Shown here: positions 49,525-58,459 of the stretch, piece after piece
Numbering within the stretch: position 1 is the first letter of the stretch
Layout of the letters: every line of letters starts with the position of its first letter
Assembly: GCA_021734165.1 (NCBI GenBank)
Contig: JAIPJL010000001.1
Location: 8,792 to 72,791 of the forward strand
Reading direction: 5' to 3'
DNA: 64,000 nucleotides
Source of the DNA: a bacterium
GTDB taxonomy: Bacteria > Electryoneota > AABM5-125-24 > Hatepunaeales > Hatepunaeaceae
The notes under the pieces: generated by a model
What the model saw: only the letters and a program-made list of their open reading frames with translations
Database searches by the model: none
What the model was told of the DNA's origin: nothing
Program-made: the position numbers and the translations under genes

Positions 49525-50853
49525 ATGGAGTACGAAATGAAGTTAATGCATATTTTTACAATTGTCGCTATCATTGCGATAGCGTTGTTCAACTTAAACG
49601 GATGCGGCGATAACTCGACTGCGCCTCCAGGTAACGGAAATAATTACGAAAGTCCACCACTTCCACCGGAGGACCTGTCCGCGCTGCCATTATCTCGCAG
49701 CGAGATCCAACTGACATGGAAGGATCGGTCAGATAATGAAGAGGGATTCCATATTTTTGAGAGTATTAATAACGACAGCAGCTACCAGCAGATTGCGATA
49801 GTTGGCGCTGACAAAATAACTCACAAATTGGATGGGAAAAGGGTTGATTCGCTTGATTATTACTATAAATTGAGATCATACAATAAATTTGGCAATTCCG
49901 CCTTCACTAATGAAGCGCTTGTCAGCGGGAGCGCGCTGGCTGGTGAAGTAGATGTTGGGGAAAGCCCGGTGACTTGTATAGATTATGATCCATCAGGTAG
50001 ATATATACTTGTTGGATGTGGAGACTACAAAGTTAAAAGGTATTATTCTACCGGGCTTGAAGTAGCCCAAACGCTTGAGATGCATCGGTCATTAATAAAA
50101 TCGGTTGCCTACAGTCCCGATAGTCTGCGTTTTGCTTCAGGTGATAATGATGGAATAATCAGGGTTTGGAATGTGGCGCTGGGTAGAGTAGAGTATGTTT
50201 TTACAACCAACAGCGCCGGAGGAGGCAAAGCAGATAAACTCGAATTCAGTTCAAACAGTCGGTATCTTGCTGCGGGATCTGAATATGTTAATATATGGGA
50301 GCTTGAAACAGGTGAATTGTATGATAGGCTATCAATTGATGATTCTATGGAAGTAGATTGTTATGCCTGGCATCCAGAAGGTAGATATATTGTTATTGCA
50401 GGGAATTATAAGATTCAAATCTGGGAAATTGGTGACAATAATGAACCGACCTGTTCGTTTGATTTGCCTATCAGCACTGCGCTGGAACCCTCGTATCTTG
50501 CAGTAAGTCCTGATGGTAAATATATAATAGGAGCCAAGTCATCAATTATTATATGGGAGATTAAAGATCAGGGAGGTTCTATCTCAATTGAGCATGTGCT
50601 GATAATTGGGGAGGATGATGGCGGACATCAGGGCTCGGTTTACGGCATAGATTTCAGCTATAATGGTTTGTATTTTGCCACCTGCTCGAATGACAATACT
50701 ATTAAAGTCTGGGATACGAATTCATTTGAAAATGTAGCCACTATTGATGCGCATGAACCTGCGGTTTACGGTGTTGCTTTCAGTCCAGATGGTATGCACA
50801 TGGCGTCAGGTGGCGGTGATACAAAGATTAAAGTCTGGTTGACGTTCTTCTGA
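49525..50853 (+). CDS. Lipoprotein with an FN3-like domain followed by a WD40 beta-propeller
   Basis: Lipobox LNGCG. The FN3-like segment is LSALPLSRSEIQLTWKDRSDNEEGFHIFE. Multiple WD repeats are present (e.g. GHQGSVYGIDFS...IKVWD, HEPAVYGVAFSPDG...IKVW). Confidence 0.7.
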   Translation: MEYEMKLMHIFTIVAIIAIALFNLNGCGDNSTAPPGNGNNYESPPLPPEDLSALPLSRSEIQLTWKDRSDNEEGFHIFESINNDSSYQQIAIVGADKITHKLDGKRVDSLDYYYKLRSYNKFGNSAFTNEALVSGSALAGEVDVGESPVTCIDYDPSGRYILVGCGDYKVKRYYSTGLEVAQTLEMHRSLIKSVAYSPDSLRFASGDNDGIIRVWNVALGRVEYVFTTNSAGGGKADKLEFSSNSRYLAAGSEYVNIWELETGELYDRLSIDDSMEVDCYAWHPEGRYIVIAGNYKIQIWEIGDNNEPTCSFDLPISTALEPSYLAVSPDGKYIIGAKSSIIIWEIKDQGGSISIEHVLIIGEDDGGHQGSVYGIDFSYNGLYFATCSNDNTIKVWDTNSFENVATIDAHEPAVYGVAFSPDGMHMASGGGDTKIKVWLTFF

Positions 50854-50858
50854 TAGAT

Positions 50859-51632
50859 ATGGAAAAATCGGAGTGTCTGGATTTTGATAAGATCGGCTAT
50901 CGTTATCCGGGTGGCAACAGGAATGTGTTGAGTGAAATCACATGTTCGCTTAACAGGAGTGAGATTACCGCTCTCGTTGGTCTGTCCGCATCAGGGAAAT
51001 CGACATTCGGGCGCATAATAAAGGGATTAATTGAGCCTGACAGAGGTTGCTGCAACTCTGTCAATTCTGATGGAGAACGCAACAAACTCCCTGCTGAGAA
51101 ACGTATGAAGATGATTGGTTGGACAGGAGCGCATCCCGAATTGCAGTTGTTTGCAGCCACTGTACAGGAAGAAGTTGGATTTGGTCCTGTAAATCTTGGT
51201 GTTAAAGGTAGAGATTTAGATCAACGGATTAATTGGGCATTAGAGAAGGTTGGTCTTGATCCGGAAGAATTCTTGAACCGTGATCCGTTCAGGCTGTCAG
51301 GTGGCGAGAAGAGAAGAATTGCATTGGCTGGAATAATTGCCATGCAAACCGATTATTATATATTCGATGAACCAACAGCCGGACTGGATGATGATGGTTT
51401 GGAAAGCTTTATTGATTTAATTAAATCGCTTAAAAATGACGGCTGCGGAATTCTTTGGATTACTCATAATATCAGTCAACTTGCAGGAATTGTCGATAGA
51501 CTCTGGTCTTTCGAAGATGGTGAATTGGTAATGAACATGGCGGAGAATCAGGTTGATTGGGAGGATTTGACTGAAAGACTTGTTTCAGGTAACGATAAAT
51601 GCAGTAGGACAAGTATTCTTGCTTGTCATTAA
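50859..51632 (+). CDS. ABC transporter ATP-binding protein, ECF-transporter EcfA-like
   Basis: Walker A is GLSASGKST. The signature is LSGGEKRR and Walker B is YIFDEPTAGLD. PELQLFAATVQEEVGFGPVNLG is an ECF-type Q-loop region. Confidence 0.75.
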   Translation: MEKSECLDFDKIGYRYPGGNRNVLSEITCSLNRSEITALVGLSASGKSTFGRIIKGLIEPDRGCCNSVNSDGERNKLPAEKRMKMIGWTGAHPELQLFAATVQEEVGFGPVNLGVKGRDLDQRINWALEKVGLDPEEFLNRDPFRLSGGEKRRIALAGIIAMQTDYYIFDEPTAGLDDDGLESFIDLIKSLKNDGCGILWITHNISQLAGIVDRLWSFEDGELVMNMAENQVDWEDLTERLVSGNDKCSRTSILACH

Positions 51633-51712
51633 AAGTTCCTTTTAAAAATGCAGTTATTGACAAATAAGATGTTTGTCCTACTGCAACTTCAAACAAAACA
51701 ACTGGAGATAAA

Positions 51713-52909
51713 ATGATTATTCTCGTTCTAAACAGCGGCTCAAGCTCGGTAAAGTACCGTTTGTTCGAGATGGAAGACGAAAAATGCCTCGCCTGGGGTC
51801 TTGTCGAGCGAATTGGAGCCAGAGGCGCAATCTTAAAACATAACCGCTACGACGGTCACAACATGAAACTCGCCGGTGATATAGTAGATCACACTAAAGC
51901 GATAGAATATATTCTGGCAATATTGCTTTCTCCTAACCATGGTGTAATTAAAGATCGCAACGAGATTAACGCGGTTGGTCATCGGGTTGTGCATGGGGGA
52001 GAAAAGTTTACAAAGTCTGTATTGATTGATGCTGAAGTGATGAATATGATACAGGAATGCATCGAATTAGCTCCGCTTCATAACCCTCATAATATCAAAG
52101 GAATAACTGCTTGCAGGAACCTGATGAAGGATGTCCCTCAGACGGCGATATTTGATACAGCATTTCATCATAAAATGCCGGACTATTCATATATGTATGG
52201 GCTGCCATACATACTATATAAACGTTATGGAGTGCGTCGTTATGGGTTTCATGGTTCATCTCACCGCTATGTAGCTGATCGGGCAGCGGTAATGATGCAA
52301 AAAACAATCGAAAAACTTAAACTGGTAACTTGTCACCTTGGCAACGGCTGTAGTTCAGCAGCAGTGAATGGTGGTGTGTCGGTTGACACGACGATGGGTT
52401 TTACTCCGACGGAAGGGCTATTAATGGGCACAAGAACAGGTGACATTGATCCGGCAGCTTTGCTCTATGTGATGAGTCGCGAGGAAATCGGCATTGGAGA
52501 GGCAAACTCCCTGATAAACAAACATTCCGGATTAAATGGTATATCAGGTGTTTCCAATGATATGAGAGAGCTGGAAGAAGCCATAACCACAGGAAATAAA
52601 CGCGCTGAACTCGCGGTAAACATGTTTGCTTACAGAGTTAAGAAGTATATCGGCGCTTACGCTGCTGCCATGGGAGGTATTGATGGGATAGTATTCACAG
52701 GCGGTATAGGTGAAAACTCCGCCGGAATACGCAAACGTTCGATAGCAGGGCTGGAATTCCTCGGCGCTGAACTTGACGAGGTAAATAATAATGCAAAATC
52801 GTCTGATGAGCGATTTATTGATAAGGATAGTCGTGTCAGAATAATGGTCATACCGACAAATGAAGAGCTTGTAATTGCGAGAGATACGTTGGAGTTGGTG
52901 CAGGATTAG
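51713..52909 (+). CDS. ackA: Acetate kinase
   Basis: N-terminal ILVLNSGSSSVKY. VGHRVVHGG and the C-terminal FTGGIGEN motifs are present. Confidence 0.9.
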   Translation: MIILVLNSGSSSVKYRLFEMEDEKCLAWGLVERIGARGAILKHNRYDGHNMKLAGDIVDHTKAIEYILAILLSPNHGVIKDRNEINAVGHRVVHGGEKFTKSVLIDAEVMNMIQECIELAPLHNPHNIKGITACRNLMKDVPQTAIFDTAFHHKMPDYSYMYGLPYILYKRYGVRRYGFHGSSHRYVADRAAVMMQKTIEKLKLVTCHLGNGCSSAAVNGGVSVDTTMGFTPTEGLLMGTRTGDIDPAALLYVMSREEIGIGEANSLINKHSGLNGISGVSNDMRELEEAITTGNKRAELAVNMFAYRVKKYIGAYAAAMGGIDGIVFTGGIGENSAGIRKRSIAGLEFLGAELDEVNNNAKSSDERFIDKDSRVRIMVIPTNEELVIARDTLELVQD

Positions 52910-52933
52910 AGGAATGGATTATTGAATCGAAAA

Positions 52934-52960
52934 CGCCGATATTTTGTCGGCGTGTTTGAT
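52934..52960 (+). terminator. Stem-loop terminator after ackA
   Basis: cgccga-tatttt-gtcggcg followed by tgtttgatt. Confidence 0.4.
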
Positions 52961-52992
52961 TCAAGATATATTAATTATTTCTGTTTTGTAGC

Positions 52993-53769
52993 CTAATTCA
53001 CGAACTTATCTACCCAACCGAAATAGTCTTTGAAGAACTTGGTAAAGTTATATACAACACGAGAATTTGAAATGTAGAACCAGAGTCCTGATATGTTTAC
53101 CAACCAGTAAAAAACCACACCTGAAACAAAAATACCGCCAATGTATATCGCCGAAGCTTTATTTAGCTTTTTAGGTCGCTCAACACGCATTTCTGTCATG
53201 AAGTACACAATACGCTTATCCTTCATGTCATCTTCACCGAGCGCCAGTCCCATTATTGCCCAGGCAAGACAGATGACAAAACTGGTCAGGATGGAAAGAG
53301 TAGGTAATATACTGATGTAGTTAGGCCAGCGGTAGAGCGTGTAAATTGAGAGTCCGAGTCCGAGGACAGCGGCAATGTTTGTGTAATTTCTAAAACGTCT
53401 CAGGTATAATGGTGGTCGGAAGATGAATTTGTTGCGAACAGAAGTAACTTCGACATTAGCTTTTGCAAAGTAATCGATTATGTTACCGGAAAAACCTGCT
53501 AACAAATAGAAGCGAATCCAGTGGTCGGTAACATAGTCAAAGAGAATCCCTTTCCAGAATATCTGTTCAAAAAACGAAACTACATAAACCACAACGATAT
53601 AAACTAAAGCCCAGAAAATATACCCTTTATCTTCAGCAAAAGAGATAGCCATCTCTTTAAGCTGCTCTTTTGTCGGCATTCTCTTAAGCTCCCCGCCACA
53701 TGCAGGGCAATGTTTCTCGCGGAAGAAATTGTAGGTGGAGATTGAGCCTTTACAATGTTGGCATCTCAT
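52993..53769 (-). CDS. Membrane protein with an N-terminal zinc-ribbon (CxxC...CxxC), hypothetical
   Basis: MRCQHCKGS...HCPACGG followed by 5-6 TM segments. Confidence 0.45.
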   Translation of the reverse strand: MRCQHCKGSISTYNFFREKHCPACGGELKRMPTKEQLKEMAISFAEDKGYIFWALVYIVVVYVVSFFEQIFWKGILFDYVTDHWIRFYLLAGFSGNIIDYFAKANVEVTSVRNKFIFRPPLYLRRFRNYTNIAAVLGLGLSIYTLYRWPNYISILPTLSILTSFVICLAWAIMGLALGEDDMKDKRIVYFMTEMRVERPKKLNKASAIYIGGIFVSGVVFYWLVNISGLWFYISNSRVVYNFTKFFKDYFGWVDKFVN

Positions 53770-53954
53770 CGCAGCATCTCCGTTTTGAGTTTACGGTAAT
53801 GTTGATAACTGCCAAGCTATTTACCCGGCAGGTAAAACAGAAAGAAATAAAAACTTCTAACTTATAAGTATAATAAATTATTATAGCATTTACCATAAAA
53901 TCAAAAAAAACTTCACAAAATATCAATATTTATGCAAAGCTCTCACTGCTTATG

Positions 53955-54575
53955 TTAAGATTTTACAAAATGTAAAAGTGTCAGACCGCTTTCTGTATTA
54001 AGTATATTGGGATCAGACCAATTAATAGAATTAAACCCTATCAACTCATTCTCATAGGATGAACCCTTCCAGGCTATCAATTCACCACCTGATTTAAGCA
54101 ATGATTCACCCCAGGATAATAAATCGCAAAGTGGCGCTGCAGCGCGACTGACAATTGTATTGAAACAATTATGCATATCAGTTTCATTGACGATATTTTC
54201 AGCCCTGTCACAGATAACATCGATTGAAGTAAGATTTAAATTATCGATTGTTTTTTTTAGAAATAGTGTTTTACGACGATTTGAATCAAGAAGAACACCA
54301 TTAACATCAGGTTTAGCGATTAAAATTGGAATGCCCGGAATGCCGGCTCCCGTTCCAATATCTATCAAGGGTGAGCGGATCTGACAAACAGACCAGGAAA
54401 GCACAAGAAGTGAATCGGATAAAAGCAATTTTGTGAGGTTTTCAACATTTTTACCTGACACAAGATTAACACTTTTATTACCAATAATAATGGATTTACG
54501 ATAATTCTCAAGCAAGTTATGAACATTTGTTTGTTTATTAGTGAATTCTTTTAAGTATTTGAAAATATGAGACAT
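53955..54575 (-). CDS. rsmG: 16S rRNA (guanine527-N7)-methyltransferase
   Basis: DIGTGAGIPGIPILIAKPD SAM-binding motif. The gene is adjacent to mnmG. Confidence 0.85.
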   Translation of the reverse strand: MSHIFKYLKEFTNKQTNVHNLLENYRKSIIIGNKSVNLVSGKNVENLTKLLLSDSLLVLSWSVCQIRSPLIDIGTGAGIPGIPILIAKPDVNGVLLDSNRRKTLFLKKTIDNLNLTSIDVICDRAENIVNETDMHNCFNTIVSRAAAPLCDLLSWGESLLKSGGELIAWKGSSYENELIGFNSINWSDPNILNTESGLTLLHFVKS

Positions 54576-54631
54576 GCGATGATTCCAATTAAGTTATTAA
54601 CATTATATTCACATCGTGATTGTAAATTAAG

Positions 54632-56494
54632 CTATCGATTTATACGTTTAAGGTTAACAAGAAGAACAGCAAGATCTGCCGGAGTGATTCCAGGTATGTT
54701 TGAGGCTTGGCTCAGATTTGAAGGTTTAATTTTGTGCAGTTTTTCACGACCTTCTGAAGATAATCCTTTAACCTGTAGAAAATTAAAACCATCAGGAATA
54801 ATTTTAACCATATTACGGTGCAAATCAGCCACTCGCTGCTCCTGACGAACCAGATAGCCGGAATATTTAATTTCAGCGCTGATTCGACGATATAATTCTC
54901 CTCTACCGGAAAGGAGTTCATCTGTTATTGTAGAATTATCTAAAATAGTCAAAACAGAAGATAACTCAATATCCGGACGTTTTATTAAATCATACAAACT
55001 TTGGGATTGTCCATTATTATTGATTTTTCCATTCTTAAGAAGTTCAATAATATCAGATACATATTTTTCGTCAGACAGGACTTTATCTCTTTGAGTTTCT
55101 GATATTAAACCAAACTGAAATGCTTTTTCAGAAAGACGGGCTTCTGCATTGTCCAGTCTAAGTTTCAGTCGAAATTCAGCCCTTGATGTAAACATTCTAT
55201 ATGGTTCATCAGCGCCTTTGGTGATAAGATCATCAATCAGAACGCCAATATAAGCTTCATCTCTGGAAAAGGTTAGAGTTTTTGTTTCACCAAGAGATCT
55301 GACGGCTGCGTTAACTCCTGCAACAAGACCTTGGGCAGCAGCTTCTTCATAGCCTGAAGTACCGTTAATCTGACCAGCGAAGTAAAGATTATTGATTATC
55401 TTTGATTCCAGACTTGCTTTCAGTTGATGAGGAGGAAAATAGTCGTACTCAATAGCATAACCAGGTCGTGTCATCTCAACATTCTCAAGTCCAGGTATCT
55501 TGTGAAGAGCTTTTATTTGAATGTCAACAGGCAGACTTGTGGCAAGTCCATTAGGATAGTATTCGTTTGTATTTAACCCTTCAGGTTCCAGAAACACAAT
55601 ATGACGTTCGTGGTCAGGAAACCGAACGATTTTATCTTCTATGGATGGGCAGTATCTAGGACCTACTCCCTTAATTCTACCGCAATAAAGAGGTGAACGA
55701 TCAAGACCTAACTTGATCTCTTCATGTACTAATTCGTTGGTATGAGTAATCCAGCAGGGTTTATGAGGAAGAGTTTGTGAAACGGTTTGCTTTGAAAAAT
55801 AAATGGGATCCTCATCGCCATCCTGACGCTCAGTCTTTGAGAAGTCAATAGTACTCCCATCAAGACGCGGTGGTGTTCCGGTTTTTAATCTACCAATCTG
55901 GATTCCAAGATTATTTATTGATTTAGATAAACCGGTAACGGGTGGCTCACCAACTCGTCCGCCTGCTTCCTGATGGTCTCCACAGTGTATAAGACCATTT
56001 AAGAAAGTACCACAGGTTAATACGATTGTATGTCCGGAGATTTGATTTCCATTGCTTAGAATAACGCCAGTGCAATTATTGTGTTTATCAGTTATTAGAC
56101 TGTTTACAGTTCCTTCAAATAGATCGAGTCCGGGATAATTCTTTAAATATTTTACCATTTCAATGGTATATAATGTTCTATCGTTTTGAGAGCGGGGAGA
56201 CCAGACAGCGAAACCTTTGGAAAGATTTAGAACTCTGAACTGAATAGCAGTCTTGTCGGCTATAAGCGGTATAACACCTCCAAGCGCATCAATCTCACGT
56301 ACTAAATGCCCTTTAGCGATTCCACCGATAGCCGGGTTGCAGGACATCTCTCCGAGTTTGTTAAGACTACTTGAGATAAGGAGAGTCCTGGCGCCGATGC
56401 GAGCAGCCGCAGCCGCAGCTTCACAGCCTGCATGACCTCCACCTGCCACGATAACATCAAAGTCAGGATTTTGTTGTTTCTGGTTGTTTTTCAT
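54632..56494 (-). CDS. mnmG: tRNA uridine-5-carboxymethylaminomethyl synthesis enzyme MnmG (GidA)
   Basis: FAD motif DVIVAGGGHAGCEAA. The start was chosen at the internal Met (MKNNQKQ) rather than at the upstream Cys-rich extension of the ORF. Confidence 0.9.
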   Translation of the reverse strand: MKNNQKQQNPDFDVIVAGGGHAGCEAAAAAARIGARTLLISSSLNKLGEMSCNPAIGGIAKGHLVREIDALGGVIPLIADKTAIQFRVLNLSKGFAVWSPRSQNDRTLYTIEMVKYLKNYPGLDLFEGTVNSLITDKHNNCTGVILSNGNQISGHTIVLTCGTFLNGLIHCGDHQEAGGRVGEPPVTGLSKSINNLGIQIGRLKTGTPPRLDGSTIDFSKTERQDGDEDPIYFSKQTVSQTLPHKPCWITHTNELVHEEIKLGLDRSPLYCGRIKGVGPRYCPSIEDKIVRFPDHERHIVFLEPEGLNTNEYYPNGLATSLPVDIQIKALHKIPGLENVEMTRPGYAIEYDYFPPHQLKASLESKIINNLYFAGQINGTSGYEEAAAQGLVAGVNAAVRSLGETKTLTFSRDEAYIGVLIDDLITKGADEPYRMFTSRAEFRLKLRLDNAEARLSEKAFQFGLISETQRDKVLSDEKYVSDIIELLKNGKINNNGQSQSLYDLIKRPDIELSSVLTILDNSTITDELLSGRGELYRRISAEIKYSGYLVRQEQRVADLHRNMVKIIPDGFNFLQVKGLSSEGREKLHKIKPSNLSQASNIPGITPADLAVLLVNLKRINR

Positions 56495-56523
56495 CAAAGA
56501 AGTAAAATTTGCAAAGCAGTAGC

Positions 56524-56991
56524 TTAAAAAACATCCGCAAACCAACCGGAGGTGTTTCTAAGTCTAAGTGAAAGTAATGAAGTCATTCCGCGTAGCATTT
56601 TAACAGCAAGACGAGGAGTATTTTCTGTAATTTCATCAAAGCTTTTATGAGTTAACACATAAACCCTGGTTTTTTGTACTGAAATAACACTCGCGGATCT
56701 GGTCATTCCATCTACAAGTGACATCTCACCAATGACGCCGCCTCTTTCGAAGCGAGCGATTACAATTCGTCCTGATCCATGAGAGCGGGATTTCTCGATT
56801 TCAACAGAACCATCTGCAATGATAAATAATTTTCCACCGGGATCGCCTTCACGGAACAGCTCGGCGCCGGGATCGTATTTTTCCTCATCGAGTTTAAGGG
56901 CGATACCGCTGAGTTCTTCTTCGTTTAACTCTTGGAACATCGGAATATCTTTCATTAACTCGATAAGTTCCTTGTTTAACTTTAGGTCCAT
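56524..56991 (-). CDS. Stand-alone cyclic-nucleotide-binding (cNMP/CAP-effector) domain protein
   Basis: GDPGGKLFIIADGSVEI...GEMSL cNMP-binding signature. At 155 aa there is no DNA-binding domain. Confidence 0.7.
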   Translation of the reverse strand: MDLKLNKELIELMKDIPMFQELNEEELSGIALKLDEEKYDPGAELFREGDPGGKLFIIADGSVEIEKSRSHGSGRIVIARFERGGVIGEMSLVDGMTRSASVISVQKTRVYVLTHKSFDEITENTPRLAVKMLRGMTSLLSLRLRNTSGWFADVF

Positions 56992-57024
56992 TTAATCCTC
57001 CATGTATTTATGAGGTCAATCAAT

Positions 57025-57075
57025 GCAATTCTAATTGTTCCACGTGGAACAATTGCTATTTTACGTTAGAATTGC
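57025..57075. promoter_or_regulatory. Nested palindrome between mnmE and the cNMP-binding gene. A 22 bp perfect palindrome aattgttccacgtggaacaatt lies inside a 10 bp outer inverted repeat gcaattctaa/ttagaattgc.
   Basis: Read directly. It is either an operator-like element or a hairpin terminator of mnmE. Confidence 0.4.
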
Positions 57076-57084
57076 GATGTATAT

Positions 57085-58440
57085 TTATTTTCCAATGCAA
57101 AACTTTGAGAATATGCTATCCAGCATGTTGTCAAGTGATCGTTTTCCGGTAAGTTCATCCAAGCCTGCGAGCGCTTCCCGAAAATCCTCTGCGATAATAT
57201 CCGCCGGATATTTGTCAATAATGTTTTGTTTTGCATTGCATAAAGCTTTATTAACTTTAAGCACAGCTTCGTAATGTCTTTCTCTGCTTATTGTAGTTTC
57301 ATTCATTGGTAGAGATGATGAAACATATTCGCGAAGCTTTGTTTTGAGGTTATTAAGTCCGACGCCGGTTAGGGCTGATACTTCAACGAAACTGTTGTAT
57401 TTAACATTACTTGCAATATCTATTTTATTCATTACTTTTATTTCATTTTCAACAGTTTTGTTAATACCGCTTTTAAGCTCATTCTTTTGATCAACAGAAT
57501 AGACAAGTATTAAGATTTCAGCTTTTTTAGCAGCATCCAAAGCTCTATTTATACCTTCATCCTCAACACCGGATTTTGTCTTTCTTATTCCCGCGGTATC
57601 GTACAGTTTAAATAATATGCCGTTAATAAACAAAGAACCTGTGATTACGTCGCGTGTTGTGCCTGGTTGCGCATGTACGATAGACCTGTTTTCGCAAAGA
57701 AGTGCGTTGAATAATGAGCTTTTTCCGGTATTAGGTGATCCGGTAATTGCTACTCTGATGCCTTCCCTTAATACTTTTGCCTCTTTGTAGCCATCTATCA
57801 TTCGATTTATCTCTTCAAGAGCAGAATCGATCTGTTTTATTTTTTCACTATCAATAAGGATGCTAATATTATCTTCTGTAAAATCAAGTTCTAATTCACT
57901 ATTTATCAATATCTTAGAGACTTTTTCGGTAAGCGCTGAAGCAGATTTTGAAATGCCTCCAACTAATTGTGTTAATGCAAGTTCTGCTCCCTCATTACTG
58001 GTTGAATCGATTAAATCAGCTACAGCTTCAGCTTGTGTAAGATCGATTTTATCATTAAGATAGGCTCTGTATGTAAATTCACCAGGGGAAGCTGGTCTGA
58101 TGCCTGACTTGAAGAGTAAATCCAACACCTCAGAAACTATTATTGGGCTTCCATGTGTTGTAATTTCAATAACATCGTCACCGGTATATGATTCGGGAGC
58201 TTTGAAAAAAGATAAAACAACTTCATCGATTATATTCTTAGTAATGCCAGGTTTAATTTGTTTTATTATATGACCATATTTGAATTCACCTGGTCCGGGT
58301 AGTTTACGATCAAATATTTCAGAAGCGATTTTGACAGCACCTGTTCCGGATATTCGAATAACTGAAATACCACCTCTTCCCGGTGGCGTGGCTTCGGCTG
58401 CGATTGTGTCTTCCGTACGATATTGAGCGCTAAGGTTCAT
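57085..58440 (-). CDS. mnmE: tRNA modification GTPase MnmE (TrmE)
   Basis: The G-domain motifs GSPNTGKSSL and DTAGIR are present. The C-terminal CIGK motif is also present. Confidence 0.9.
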   Translation of the reverse strand: MNLSAQYRTEDTIAAEATPPGRGGISVIRISGTGAVKIASEIFDRKLPGPGEFKYGHIIKQIKPGITKNIIDEVVLSFFKAPESYTGDDVIEITTHGSPIIVSEVLDLLFKSGIRPASPGEFTYRAYLNDKIDLTQAEAVADLIDSTSNEGAELALTQLVGGISKSASALTEKVSKILINSELELDFTEDNISILIDSEKIKQIDSALEEINRMIDGYKEAKVLREGIRVAITGSPNTGKSSLFNALLCENRSIVHAQPGTTRDVITGSLFINGILFKLYDTAGIRKTKSGVEDEGINRALDAAKKAEILILVYSVDQKNELKSGINKTVENEIKVMNKIDIASNVKYNSFVEVSALTGVGLNNLKTKLREYVSSSLPMNETTISRERHYEAVLKVNKALCNAKQNIIDKYPADIIAEDFREALAGLDELTGKRSLDNMLDSIFSKFCIGK

Positions 58441-58459
58441 CCACAGTCTCGTATTAATA

